This document shows, one piece after another, positions 9,081 to 18,107 of a DNA stretch of 64,000 bases (positions are counted from its first letter, which is position 1; each line of letters begins with the position of its first letter). A program made the translations under genes and the position numbers. The notes under the pieces are model-generated. The model was given only the letters and a program-made list of their open reading frames with translations. It was not told the origin of the DNA and did no database searches. The stretch spans positions 1 to 64,000 of the IMG/VR virus record IMGVR_UViG_3300036790_000386; one strand, 5' to 3'. Source of the stretch: a virus.

Positions 9081-9281
9081 ATGCCAACATTGAAAGATGT
9101 ATTTATAATTGAGATTTTATCTCCGTTTGATCATAAGGTAGATGAAAAATTTCGAGTGATGCCACCTGAAGGTAAAATAAAAACATCTGAGGCTATTGCA
9201 AGATTAATTCATGAAACTTTTTTTACAGATTTAGTTACTGTAAATGTTACGCATGAGAGAAGAGTAGTTGAAGGTGAATAG
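9081..9281 (+). CDS. hypothetical protein
   Basis: 66 aa ORF. Confidence 0.5.
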   Translation: MPTLKDVFIIEILSPFDHKVDEKFRVMPPEGKIKTSEAIARLIHETFFTDLVTVNVTHERRVVEGE

Positions 9282-9354
9282 TGGCTCAGGCTCCAACTAT
9301 CTAGGCAAGTTGTTAATGCAAGTTCGAGCTGAACTTAAAAAGTTAGTTAAATGA
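9274..9354 (+). pseudogene. remnant of NADAR (YbiA/DUF1768) C-terminus
   Basis: Translates VNSGSGSNYLGKLLMQVRAELKKLVK*, matching the NADAR G-x-N-x-LG-x-x-LM-x-VR helix. Confidence 0.55.
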
Positions 9355-9466
9355 AAAGCTTTAGAGAAGAAACGTTAGAACGTCAATTTGCGGCTTCTAT
9401 TTTCTTCTGGTTTAACTTTATTTTTAAGTTGGCAATTTTTATTGCTGTAATAAAGTATATTGTTAA

Positions 9467-10639
9467 ATGAAAATTCTAATTGTAGGTGAAGCTTACGGCG
9501 ATAAAGAGTCGATGTTTAATCATCCCTTTGTTGGCCCAGCGGGGCGCGAGCTTGCTAATATGCTAGCTGATGCTGGGCTTGCACCTGCTCACAATATGCG
9601 TTGGCCTAATGAATTGGATATGATTGCCCACTGGAAGATGCTTAAGCGAGCTTATAGTATTGAGTTAGCTCTTGTGTTTCCAGTGCAGCCTGAAGATAAT
9701 AATGTAGAATTGTTTTTTGGAGCAAAGAAAGAAGATGTTTGTCTTGATATGGGACCGCTTAAGCCGGGTGCGTATTTAAGGAAAGCTTATAGACCATATT
9801 ATGATGAATTGCACGAGCTAATTAAAACTGAAAAACCGAATCTTGTTATTACAGTTGGAGTTACGCCAACGTGGGCTCTAACAGGACAGCAAAAAATTGC
9901 AGGTATCCGAGGTACTGTAATTTGGAATCCGGTTTTAAAGACAAAGATTTTGCCTACATGGCATCCAGCTGCTGTTTTAAGACAATGGTCATTGCGTGCT
10001 ATTGCTATTGCAGATTTGATGAAGGCCAAGAAAGAATCTGAATATCCTGAAGTTAAACGTACTAAGCGTTATATTTTAGTTGATCCTTCTTTTGCTGAAA
10101 TGAAAGAATGGCTAGACCAACCTGCTAAAATTTTTTCAGTTGATATCGAAACTGGATATGCACTTTTTAGTAAGACTGAAATCGAACGTATGAAAAAGCA
10201 ACAACCTCATCTTGTGAGTTTGTTAGCAGGTCAGATATCGATGATAGGTTTCGCTAGAAGTTCTACAGAAGCAATGGTTATTCCTTTTATGGCTCGTAGA
10301 GAGTTAAAGGAAACTGAAATTGTCGGTGAATTGTTGGTTTCTAAGAGAACACTGAATTATTGGGACAACCCAGATGATGAAATTGAAGCTTGGCGACTTG
10401 CGCTGTATGGCTTAAAGAAACCAGTTCCAAAGCTTTTTCAAAATGGTGTGTTTGATATATCTAGATTGCTTTGTGCTGCGATGAGACTAACTCAGTGTTA
10501 TGAAGATACAATGCTATATCATCATGCACTTTTTCCTGAACTTCAAAAAGGATTAGGTTTCTTAGGCTCTCTTTATACTGATGAACCAGCATGGAAAGGT
10601 ATGTTGCATCACGGTGAATCAATAAAACGCGATGAATAA
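9467..10639 (+). CDS. family-4 uracil-DNA glycosylase-like domain fused to the N-terminal part of a PolA 3'-5' exonuclease
   Basis: IVGEAYG..PFVGPAG, PTWHPAAVLR; ExoI VDIET; ExoII QNGVFD; EDTMLYHH..LGFLGSLYT. Confidence 0.85.
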   Translation: MKILIVGEAYGDKESMFNHPFVGPAGRELANMLADAGLAPAHNMRWPNELDMIAHWKMLKRAYSIELALVFPVQPEDNNVELFFGAKKEDVCLDMGPLKPGAYLRKAYRPYYDELHELIKTEKPNLVITVGVTPTWALTGQQKIAGIRGTVIWNPVLKTKILPTWHPAAVLRQWSLRAIAIADLMKAKKESEYPEVKRTKRYILVDPSFAEMKEWLDQPAKIFSVDIETGYALFSKTEIERMKKQQPHLVSLLAGQISMIGFARSSTEAMVIPFMARRELKETEIVGELLVSKRTLNYWDNPDDEIEAWRLALYGLKKPVPKLFQNGVFDISRLLCAAMRLTQCYEDTMLYHHALFPELQKGLGFLGSLYTDEPAWKGMLHHGESIKRDE

Positions 10640-10659
10640 CTTAAATAAGGAATGAACAA

Positions 10660-10842
10660 ATGGATGACTCTGATAGAAAATTATTAGAAGGTAGAATCAG
10701 AACATTAGAAACTTTGGTTTCTGCTTTGCTCCATACTGTTATTGATACTTCTTGTTCAACTGAAGACGAAGTTGAACGATATATGCAAGCATCATATAAA
10801 TTAAGTACTCAAGTAAGAAGCAATAATCAGCATAACGGTTGA
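10660..10842 (+). CDS. small hypothetical protein between the two polymerase parts
   Basis: AAGGA RBS; 60 aa. Confidence 0.55.
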   Translation: MDDSDRKLLEGRIRTLETLVSALLHTVIDTSCSTEDEVERYMQASYKLSTQVRSNNQHNG

Positions 10843-10870
10843 TTATTTTGTGTGCATTGAAAGTCTAATT

Positions 10871-12784
10871 ATGCCAATTATTGAAACCAGCGTATTAACA
10901 GGACAAGAAGATACAAGCAATACGCAGGCTTATAATGGCCTTGATTGCATGATGACGCTTGAGATTTTCAATGCACTGTCTCAACTACCTGACCCAAATT
11001 CTGGTGTGATTTATAATTTTTCGCGTGCGCTTCAGGCTCCTGTTATTGAAATGTCTTTGCGTGGTTTTAATGTTAATATGGTAGCCCGTGAAAAGGCTAT
11101 TGCTCAAACTAAAAAGAAAATGGCTGAATTTAATAATATTATTCAGCAATTTTCGCAAGCTATGTGGGACAGGGATATTAACCCTAACTCAAGTATGCAG
11201 CTAAAAGATTTATTTTATAACAATTTCAAAATTAAGCCTGTTATGAAGTATGTCGCCGGCGAAGAGAAAATGCCGATGGACAGAAAAGCAATGGAAAAGC
11301 TAGAGTCTCAATTGTGGGCTCGCCCGATGATCGCAATAGTTTTAGCTTGGCGTGATTTAGCAAGACAACTCCAACTGTTAGAATCAGAGATTGATGATGA
11401 TTGGCGTTTTCGTTCTTCTTTCAATATTGCAGGCACCACTACAGGTCGTTGGTCCAGTTCAAAATCTTCAACTGGCTCTGGGGGAAATGCACAGAATGTT
11501 GCTCCTGGGCTTAGGTTTATATTTACTGCTGATGATGGATTTGATCTTTATGGCTATGACTTAGAACAAGCTGAGTCGCGTGAAGTTGGTTTACTTTGTG
11601 GAATTCTGTTTGGTGATTGGACTTATCTTAATGCTTGTGAACGCGGTGATTTACACACTACTGTCTCTCGCTTAATTTGGCCAAACCTTGGTTGGACAGG
11701 CAATGATAAAGAAGACCGTAAAATTGCGGATCAACCTTATTATCGTGCAATGTCTTATCGAGATTTATCAAAGCGTGGTGGACATGGATGCGTAACAGCA
11801 GACCATGAAGTTTTGACGCCTGATGGTTGGGTTGGTATAGATACCAAACCTGATGTTATCATGCAGTGGAATGGCGCAACAGCTAATTATATTAAAGTAG
11901 ATAAGTGGACTGATAAAACTTATGAAGGTATTTTTCATGAATGGGAAAATGACACTTTATCTATTAACATGACTGACGATCACAGAGTTTATTTTTGGTT
12001 ACCTGGTTCAACGAGAATTGTGGTAGCAACACCAAGCGCGGTGCCGAGTGGTGCTTTAATCCCAACACAGATTATTTCTTATAATTCCACTTTTAGTGAA
12101 ATTAACGATCAAACAACAAAACTTACATATTTTGCAACAAAGCGGGTTTATTGCCCAACAGTTTCAAGTGGCGCTTTTTATATAAGAAGAAACAATAAAG
12201 TTTCAATAACTGGCAATTCTAATTATTTGTTGAAGCCTAAAAATGCTGCCGAACATTTAAAAATTCCTGTTTCTATGGCTGAAGAATTTCAATCAAATTA
12301 TTATAGTGCATTTTCAGCAATCCCTAAATTTCATCAATGGGTTGCAGAACAACTTCAAACAAAAATGTATCTTACAAATGTTTTTGGACGTAGGCGCGAT
12401 TTTTTTGATAGGCCAGATTCAGATGAGACAATTCGCAAAGCTGTAGCATATCTTCCACAATCTGCAACAGGTGACAGACTTAATTTAGGTCTTTATCGTA
12501 TATGGAAACATATGCCTCATGTGCAGTTAGTCGCGCAAGTTCATGATGCTGTCTATTTTCAAGCTCCTAATTCTTATGATAAAAAACTTATTGATACACA
12601 AACTAAAGCATGTCTTGAAGTACCGCTCTATATTGGAGATAGGAAGTATTTAGTCCCATCTGAAGGAAAAGTAGGGTTTAATTGGGGTAACTATTATGAT
12701 GAAAAAGATGCTGAAAGAGATTTAGCTGAAGATCGCCTCCCAAGACCCTTAAATACTAGTGGCCTTAAAAAACTAAAATTTTAG
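10871..12784 (+). CDS. polA: DNA polymerase family A, intein-containing
   Basis: ExoIII YNGLD; TTTGRWSS; NAQN; motif A YDLEQAESR; motif B RDLSKRGGHG/SNY; motif C QVHDA. ATG at 10871 preferred over GTG at 10850. Confidence 0.93.
   Translation: MPIIETSVLTGQEDTSNTQAYNGLDCMMTLEIFNALSQLPDPNSGVIYNFSRALQAPVIEMSLRGFNVNMVAREKAIAQTKKKMAEFNNIIQQFSQAMWDRDINPNSSMQLKDLFYNNFKIKPVMKYVAGEEKMPMDRKAMEKLESQLWARPMIAIVLAWRDLARQLQLLESEIDDDWRFRSSFNIAGTTTGRWSSSKSSTGSGGNAQNVAPGLRFIFTADDGFDLYGYDLEQAESREVGLLCGILFGDWTYLNACERGDLHTTVSRLIWPNLGWTGNDKEDRKIADQPYYRAMSYRDLSKRGGHGCVTADHEVLTPDGWVGIDTKPDVIMQWNGATANYIKVDKWTDKTYEGIFHEWENDTLSINMTDDHRVYFWLPGSTRIVVATPSAVPSGALIPTQIISYNSTFSEINDQTTKLTYFATKRVYCPTVSSGAFYIRRNNKVSITGNSNYLLKPKNAAEHLKIPVSMAEEFQSNYYSAFSAIPKFHQWVAEQLQTKMYLTNVFGRRRDFFDRPDSDETIRKAVAYLPQSATGDRLNLGLYRIWKHMPHVQLVAQVHDAVYFQAPNSYDKKLIDTQTKACLEVPLYIGDRKYLVPSEGKVGFNWGNYYDEKDAERDLAEDRLPRPLNTSGLKKLKF
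11789..12217 (+). mobile_element. mini-intein (143 aa, no homing endonuclease) in PolA motif B
   Basis: Starts CVTADHEVLTPDGW; block B MTDDHRV; block F VYCPTV; ends ITGN followed by Ser. Removal restores KRGGHG-SNY. Confidence 0.9.
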
Positions 12785-12815
12785 GAGCGGTTTAAATGAA
12801 ACATCAGAGTACAAG

Positions 12816-14006
12816 TTGCGCGATTGGATAGACCAGTATTTAGAAGAAACACAAGGAATGCCTTCGCCAGCTGAGTATCGTTTATGGTCCGCAATAACTA
12901 CTATCAGCGCCGTTATGGAACGAAAGTGTTGGACCTCTGCTTCAGGGGGAGCTTTCTATCCTAATCTTTACACGGTTTTAGTTGGCGGTCCTGGATCTGG
13001 AAAATCTCAAGGTGTTTCTATTGCAAGAAATCTATGGGCTAAAATCAAAGATCTTAATATTGCGCCTGATAGCGTTAGCAGAGCATCTTTGCTTAAAGAC
13101 CTAGCAAAAGCGATCCGCACAGTGACGCTTTCTGACGGCAGACCAAGAATATTTTGTTCGCTTGCGATTGCCTGCCGCGAATTTAATACACTGTTTCCTA
13201 GCTATGACCGAGATTTTGCCGCTGCGATGAATGATTTATTTGACAATCCACCAGAGTATAAATTAACCCGCATTTATTCAGGTGAAACATGTATCAACGC
13301 TCCAACTATGACTATGATTACCGCCGTAACTCCAGACACACTAGGCGACACACTGCCCGAGCCCGCTTGGGGCTCCGGGTTTACCGCGCGTTTGTTGCTG
13401 ATTTATGCGAGCGAAAAACCGGATGTGGATTTTTTTGAAGAACACGATGAAGACAATCAAGATATGTATCGAAGACTTGCTCCACCGTTGAATGACATTT
13501 TTCATTTAAGTGGTAAATTTGAGTGGACTGATGAAGCAAAGAATGAATTAAGAAATTGGAAACAAGGTGGTTTTCAGCCTGTACCTGAACATTCCAGACT
13601 AAGACACTATTTAACTCGTCGCGAAACTCATGTAGCTAAACTTGCAATGATTTCTGCTGTCAGTTCCAAACGAAAGCTTGTTGTTGATGAAAATGACGCT
13701 AAAAGAGCTATTCAATGGCTTATTAAAGCCGAAGCTAGAATGCCCGACATTTTCAGAAGCATGGGACAAAAATCCGATACTCAACTCATTAAAGACCTCC
13801 ACTTCCATATCTACCAACTCTGGGCTTCCGTGGAACGCTCCAAAAGAGTACCAGTCAATGAAAAAGAATTCTACAAATTTTTATCCGAGCGAGTACCGTC
13901 AGAGCGTATTGAAAAAATTCTTGAAATGGCAGTCAGAACTGGAGCTTTCAAAACCGCAGGAAATGGAGATTGCTATGTCCCAAGACCTTTATCTGGACCT
14001 GTATAG
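12816..14006 (+). CDS. DUF3987-type P-loop protein, putative replicative helicase
   Basis: YPNLYTVLVGGPGSGKS; GSGFTARLL; directly downstream of polA. Confidence 0.72.
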   Translation: MRDWIDQYLEETQGMPSPAEYRLWSAITTISAVMERKCWTSASGGAFYPNLYTVLVGGPGSGKSQGVSIARNLWAKIKDLNIAPDSVSRASLLKDLAKAIRTVTLSDGRPRIFCSLAIACREFNTLFPSYDRDFAAAMNDLFDNPPEYKLTRIYSGETCINAPTMTMITAVTPDTLGDTLPEPAWGSGFTARLLLIYASEKPDVDFFEEHDEDNQDMYRRLAPPLNDIFHLSGKFEWTDEAKNELRNWKQGGFQPVPEHSRLRHYLTRRETHVAKLAMISAVSSKRKLVVDENDAKRAIQWLIKAEARMPDIFRSMGQKSDTQLIKDLHFHIYQLWASVERSKRVPVNEKEFYKFLSERVPSERIEKILEMAVRTGAFKTAGNGDCYVPRPLSGPV

Positions 14007-14529
14007 TAAACCATACGAATTTGAAAAGAAAACTGAACAACTGTACAGGTTTTCATGGGATGTCGGCATGATAGATATAAATAGTTTTCCACATGGAATA
14101 CACTGCCTTTCACTTGATTATGATAGTTGTTATTATTTGATTAAAATAAGAGTAGCAATACCAGATAATACACCAGAAGGAGATGCTATTATTATGCTTC
14201 GTGAATATTTAAACCAAGAACTTCCTTCTGGGTTTCATGTAGATATTTATATTCAACGTTTCGTTTCTGTGATGGAATATACACCATCTACCTATAACAA
14301 CTTATATCAAGCTCCAACAACTCTTTTTAGTTTTAGTACAGAAAGTAGTAGTAGAGATGAATTTCAAAGGGCAGCAACTTATTTTACAAAAGATATGGGA
14401 TCTTCTTCTCCAAAGCAATTTACCGCACAGCAAGCCATGAATCTTATAGAAAAAATGAAAAAGAATCCTAAGCTTGAAGTTAAACCTAAAGAACCTAAAA
14501 AAGACTTAATTATCGATAGTTTATTTTGA
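13975..14529 (+). CDS. hypothetical protein
   Basis: GGAG RBS before ATG 13975. The longer 13678 start overlaps the upstream gene by over 300 bp. Confidence 0.55.
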   Translation: MSQDLYLDLYSKPYEFEKKTEQLYRFSWDVGMIDINSFPHGIHCLSLDYDSCYYLIKIRVAIPDNTPEGDAIIMLREYLNQELPSGFHVDIYIQRFVSVMEYTPSTYNNLYQAPTTLFSFSTESSSRDEFQRAATYFTKDMGSSSPKQFTAQQAMNLIEKMKKNPKLEVKPKEPKKDLIIDSLF

Positions 14530-14840
14530 TGCGAACCAAACTTATGCCAGGTCCGGTGCCTTTAAGGCCAATGCATAAAAGTCGTAGAAAATACTTTCCT
14601 TCAAGATCCGCTTCTAATATGGATAGTATTAAAGTAACACCAGAACAACTTGAATGGCTTGATGCTCTTGTGTTAGGTATCTTTACAGATATGTCAAATG
14701 CTGGAGCTACTTTGGCACAAATTCTTGGTTCAATTTATTTATCTGGTTTAAACCATGCTGTAGTGTTAAATCAAGAAAAACATGAATTGTTTAATGAGAA
14801 AGAAAAACCAGATATCATTAAGGAAAGTTGGTGGCTTTAA
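14526..14840 (+). CDS. hypothetical protein
   Basis: In-operon ORF; start uncertain. Confidence 0.5.
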   Translation: MMRTKLMPGPVPLRPMHKSRRKYFPSRSASNMDSIKVTPEQLEWLDALVLGIFTDMSNAGATLAQILGSIYLSGLNHAVVLNQEKHELFNEKEKPDIIKESWWL

Positions 14841-15716
14841 ATGAATAGAGTCGAAGATGTTTCAAATATCTATAAACTAGTTAAAGGCAAATATGGTTAC
14901 ATGTTAGCCAATAAATTCGATGTTTTCATTGGTAAATCTATCATTGAATATGGAGAAAACTGCGAAAGTGAGTTGGCAATGTATCGTCAGCTTACAAAAA
15001 ATCTTAATAAAAATATTGTTGAAGTTGGCGCAAATACTGGCACCTTTACAGTACCTCTTGCCAAAATGTTGCAAGACAAAAATTTAGCTGTTATTGCGTT
15101 TGAGCCGCAGCCATTTGTGTTTCAAAATCTTTGTGCAAATTTAGCACTCAATGATATCACTAATGTTGAAGCGTGGCCATTTGCTTGCAGTGATACTATG
15201 GGTCAGCTTTTTTTCAGAATGCCAACGTACGGTAAATCTGGAAACTTCGGTGGTATTCCTTTTACTGAACTTAAAGCTGAACCTAAAATGGCTTCAATAC
15301 CTTGTGTCACATTAGACCATTCTTTAAATGGCACATCTGTTGGACTTTTAAAAGTTGATGCTGAAGGCTTTGAACTTAAGGTTCTTAAAGGTGCAACAGC
15401 TATTATTGATGAAAATCGCCCAATTTTATATGTTGAAAATGATAGACCAGAAAATTCCAAAGAATTGATTGAATTTATTCGAGATTTGAATTATCAATTG
15501 TGGTGGCATCTTCCATTTGTTTTTAATCCAAATAATTTTTTCAAAAATTCAATAAATGTATTTAAAGATAATTTCGCAGCTATTAATATGCTAGCTTTGC
15601 CCTCTGAAATTAAACCTCAAATTTCAAATCTTGATCCTGTTGTAAGTACTGATCTTGAAGATGCAAAACAAATTTTTATAGAAAGATTAAAAAGAGAAAG
15701 TAAAAGCAATGAATGA
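14841..15716 (+). CDS. FkbM family SAM-dependent methyltransferase
   Basis: VEVGANTGTFT, AFEPQP, LCANLALN, LLKVDAEGFELKVLKGA, RPILYVEN. Confidence 0.9.
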   Translation: MNRVEDVSNIYKLVKGKYGYMLANKFDVFIGKSIIEYGENCESELAMYRQLTKNLNKNIVEVGANTGTFTVPLAKMLQDKNLAVIAFEPQPFVFQNLCANLALNDITNVEAWPFACSDTMGQLFFRMPTYGKSGNFGGIPFTELKAEPKMASIPCVTLDHSLNGTSVGLLKVDAEGFELKVLKGATAIIDENRPILYVENDRPENSKELIEFIRDLNYQLWWHLPFVFNPNNFFKNSINVFKDNFAAINMLALPSEIKPQISNLDPVVSTDLEDAKQIFIERLKRESKSNE

Positions 15717-15993
15717 AATAAGAGGTTCAGGACGTACTAGACGACAATTAGAAAATGCACCATATAACTCTTATTTTGTTTGGTGCAATGATATCATAGG
15801 TTATCCTCTAGGCATCGCTAAAAGCTTAGGACGTCACGATGTAAACGTAGTTGGAATAGCTTGGTTGACTGAACATCATCTTGAAGGTCTTACTGTTCCA
15901 GTTGTTCTTGATCATTCTGTTATTATAGATTTTATTGGAAATGATATTTTAACTGCTTTGCGAGCCCATTCAGTTTTATTTCCGATAAAATGA
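15709..15993 (+). CDS. hypothetical phage protein
   Basis: RGSGRT N-terminus; overlaps neighbours. Confidence 0.6.
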   Translation: MNEIRGSGRTRRQLENAPYNSYFVWCNDIIGYPLGIAKSLGRHDVNVVGIAWLTEHHLEGLTVPVVLDHSVIIDFIGNDILTALRAHSVLFPIK

Positions 15994-16193
15994 ATATACC
16001 AGTTTGTGAAGATTTTGAAGCCATAGCTAAGGGCTTAAAAGATCTAGAAGCAGCTAAGAAAGATTACTCTTGCGCTAGATGCAGAGATATTGGTTGGGTT
16101 GAAATTAACGCAGCCAGCAATAAATGGACTACATGCATAGCATGTGGAAATCCTGGAAATAAAGCTAATCCAACAGTATTTTGGAGTGATTGA
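15990..16193 (+). CDS. small Zn-ribbon protein (paralog of 2156..2419)
   Basis: PVCEDFEAIAKGLKDLE; CARC...CIAC. Confidence 0.6.
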   Translation: MNIPVCEDFEAIAKGLKDLEAAKKDYSCARCRDIGWVEINAASNKWTTCIACGNPGNKANPTVFWSD

Positions 16194-16194
16194 T

Positions 16195-16521
16195 ATGGTT
16201 TCAAATGAAGAACGTAAAGCTTTGGTAGCTAAAATTGCAAATGAAACTGCGGATAAAATAATGACATTTGCAGTCAATAATGAGTTCAATATGGCTGATG
16301 CTTTGATTACGTTAGAGTATATTTCTACTGCAATTATAGTTACACTTGCTAGACAATATGCACCAACTAATCCAAAGATGTTTGTATCAGCTATGATGGC
16401 ATCTATATTAACTGGTGTTATTAATAATTCGCGTGACGAGTGTGATTCAACGGGTATTGATCTCGCTGAAGAACTAGGTGAACCAGCGCAGGAAGATCCA
16501 ACAGCTCCAGCTGCTAATTAA
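16195..16521 (+). CDS. hypothetical protein
   Basis: GGAG RBS before ATG 16195, within ORF 16144..16521. Confidence 0.55.
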   Translation: MVSNEERKALVAKIANETADKIMTFAVNNEFNMADALITLEYISTAIIVTLARQYAPTNPKMFVSAMMASILTGVINNSRDECDSTGIDLAEELGEPAQEDPTAPAAN

Positions 16522-16730
16522 TGTTAAAACATTTAACACTTAAATCTATTCTAACTAATAAGATTTTGATTTTATTTTTTCTTATATCACCGGGGCATAT
16601 TGAGGTTCAAACTTATACTATGAATTATTCAATTTGCAAGTTAGCTGTTCGTTATTATGATTATACTATGACTCAGCAGAGAGAATGTATTCTTCATAGA
16701 GGTCAATTGATTTTTGCGAGATGTGATTAA
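16521..16730 (+). CDS. small membrane/secreted protein
   Basis: Hydrophobic ILILFFLIS segment. Confidence 0.4.
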   Translation: MLKHLTLKSILTNKILILFFLISPGHIEVQTYTMNYSICKLAVRYYDYTMTQQRECILHRGQLIFARCD

Positions 16731-16741
16731 AAATCAATCAA

Positions 16742-17329
16742 ATGTCAAATATTGTTCAAATTCCATTGAAGTATAAATCAGCGACGCTTTATTACGCGCT
16801 CGTAGATGAGGAAGATTTTGACTATTTGATGCAATTTGCTCCTTGGTATCTTTCTGTTTCAGCCAAAACATTTTATGTCTATAGCTTGAGCATTGTGCCT
16901 AGGCATGTTGTATTAATGCATCGGTTTTTGCTAAATATTAATGATAGAAAAGTTAAAACTGAACATATCAATGGTAATGGACTGCATAATTATCGATCTA
17001 ATATTAGAATTAAGATTAAAGTTTCTGAATGCGAAAATTATGTACCAAAACATCGCTATGCTCAAAAAATTAAAGATGGCATTTATTATTGTACTTTTTA
17101 CCATAAGTATAAAGTAACCGTTCTTTATAAGAACAGAACAATTAACGTCGGTTATTTTGATTCTCAACATGAAGCTTTAAAAGCGCGCAAAGAACAAGTG
17201 GCTAAACTTGCTAAGTTAGCTTTTAAAGAAGCACTTTCAATAGAAGATCTGTTAAACACTGATGTTGTAAGCACAAAACCTACAAAAGTTAACACCAAAA
17301 GCAAAGTTTTAACTCTTGAAGACCTGTAA
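16742..17329 (+). CDS. HNH-AP2 homing endonuclease-like protein (possibly degenerate)
   Basis: ALVDEEDFDYL, LMHRFLL, EHINGNGLHNYRSNIR, then AP2-like INVGYFDSQHEALKAR. Confidence 0.8.
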   Translation: MSNIVQIPLKYKSATLYYALVDEEDFDYLMQFAPWYLSVSAKTFYVYSLSIVPRHVVLMHRFLLNINDRKVKTEHINGNGLHNYRSNIRIKIKVSECENYVPKHRYAQKIKDGIYYCTFYHKYKVTVLYKNRTINVGYFDSQHEALKARKEQVAKLAKLAFKEALSIEDLLNTDVVSTKPTKVNTKSKVLTLEDL

Positions 17330-17543
17330 CAGAAAACAGATTACGGTTTGGCAACGACTCCCCATTGGGCCAAGCGCTCAGGCGTCTGGCAGACCTTCCA
17401 TGGGTGATAGTGCCAAGGCTCTAGCTAGGGCAGCCCTTGCTTGCCACAGAAGCCGCACCTTGGCAGGAAAAGTGAGCAATTTCAAAGGTTTAGCCCCCTG
17501 CTTCGTGTTCGGATCGACGCGCCCTGCCTCTGTGTCAAAAAGA

Positions 17544-17572
17544 TAGACATTGTGTCTCTAACGTGATAGTCT
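17544..17572 (+). promoter_or_regulatory. putative sigma70 promoter of early gene cluster
   Basis: TAGACA-17 nt-TAGTCT with extended -10 TG, upstream of the GGAG RBS and ATG 17607. Confidence 0.55.
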
Positions 17573-17606
17573 CGTTTATATACATAATCTTGGAGACATA
17601 CCTAAA

Positions 17607-17846
17607 ATGTTCGACCTTCGCGCAGTCTCGCTTGAAATTGAACGCCTCGCTTGTGGTGCCGGATCAGCAAAAGTTGATACCATAAACCTTCTTGAAACAA
17701 TTCTTCAAGCAGATTTCAAAAATTTAGAGCTTGCCGCTAAGCTGCGCACTTCTTGGTTTCTTTTGGCGGAAGTTCAACGTCTCATGATTGAAGCTGATAA
17801 CATAGTTATAGCACAAGTGCAGGAGGAAACTATCAATGAAGCTTGA
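17607..17846 (+). CDS. hypothetical protein
   Basis: GGAG RBS. Confidence 0.6.
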   Translation: MFDLRAVSLEIERLACGAGSAKVDTINLLETILQADFKNLELAAKLRTSWFLLAEVQRLMIEADNIVIAQVQEETINEA

Positions 17847-18102
17847 TATTCAGAAACTCGTTGTAAACGAAGAATATAAGCATCTGACTCTTCGAGCGGC
17901 TGCTATTCTAGTACAGATTCAGCGTGGTAAAGAAACAGCAATAGAAATTTCTAAGATTTTAAATATCGAAGAAGCTGCTACTTGCCGTTCTGTTAATAAT
18001 TTAATCAAACTCGGTTTAGTAAACAGTCGTGTTGATGCAAATGACATGCGCAAACATATTCTTTCCGCAACTCCTCAAGCTTTAGTATTCTTTAATGGAT
18101 AA
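17836..18102 (+). CDS. MarR-like winged-helix protein
   Basis: LTLRAAAIL..EISKIL..SVNNLIKLGLV..DANDMRK..L. Confidence 0.75.
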   Translation: MKLDIQKLVVNEEYKHLTLRAAAILVQIQRGKETAIEISKILNIEEAATCRSVNNLIKLGLVNSRVDANDMRKHILSATPQALVFFNG

Positions 18103-18107
18103 CTCTA

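Noticed and set aside
9281-9335. tRNA-like boxes GTGGCTCAG and GTTCGAG
   Set aside because: No acceptor or T-stem pairing; better explained as NADAR coding remnant.
13678-13974. N-terminal extension of the 283-aa ORF
   Set aside because: Overlaps the DUF3987 gene in another frame; a good RBS and ATG exist at 13975.
17316-17546. 76-aa ORF
   Set aside because: TTG start without RBS and atypical composition; region treated as non-coding.
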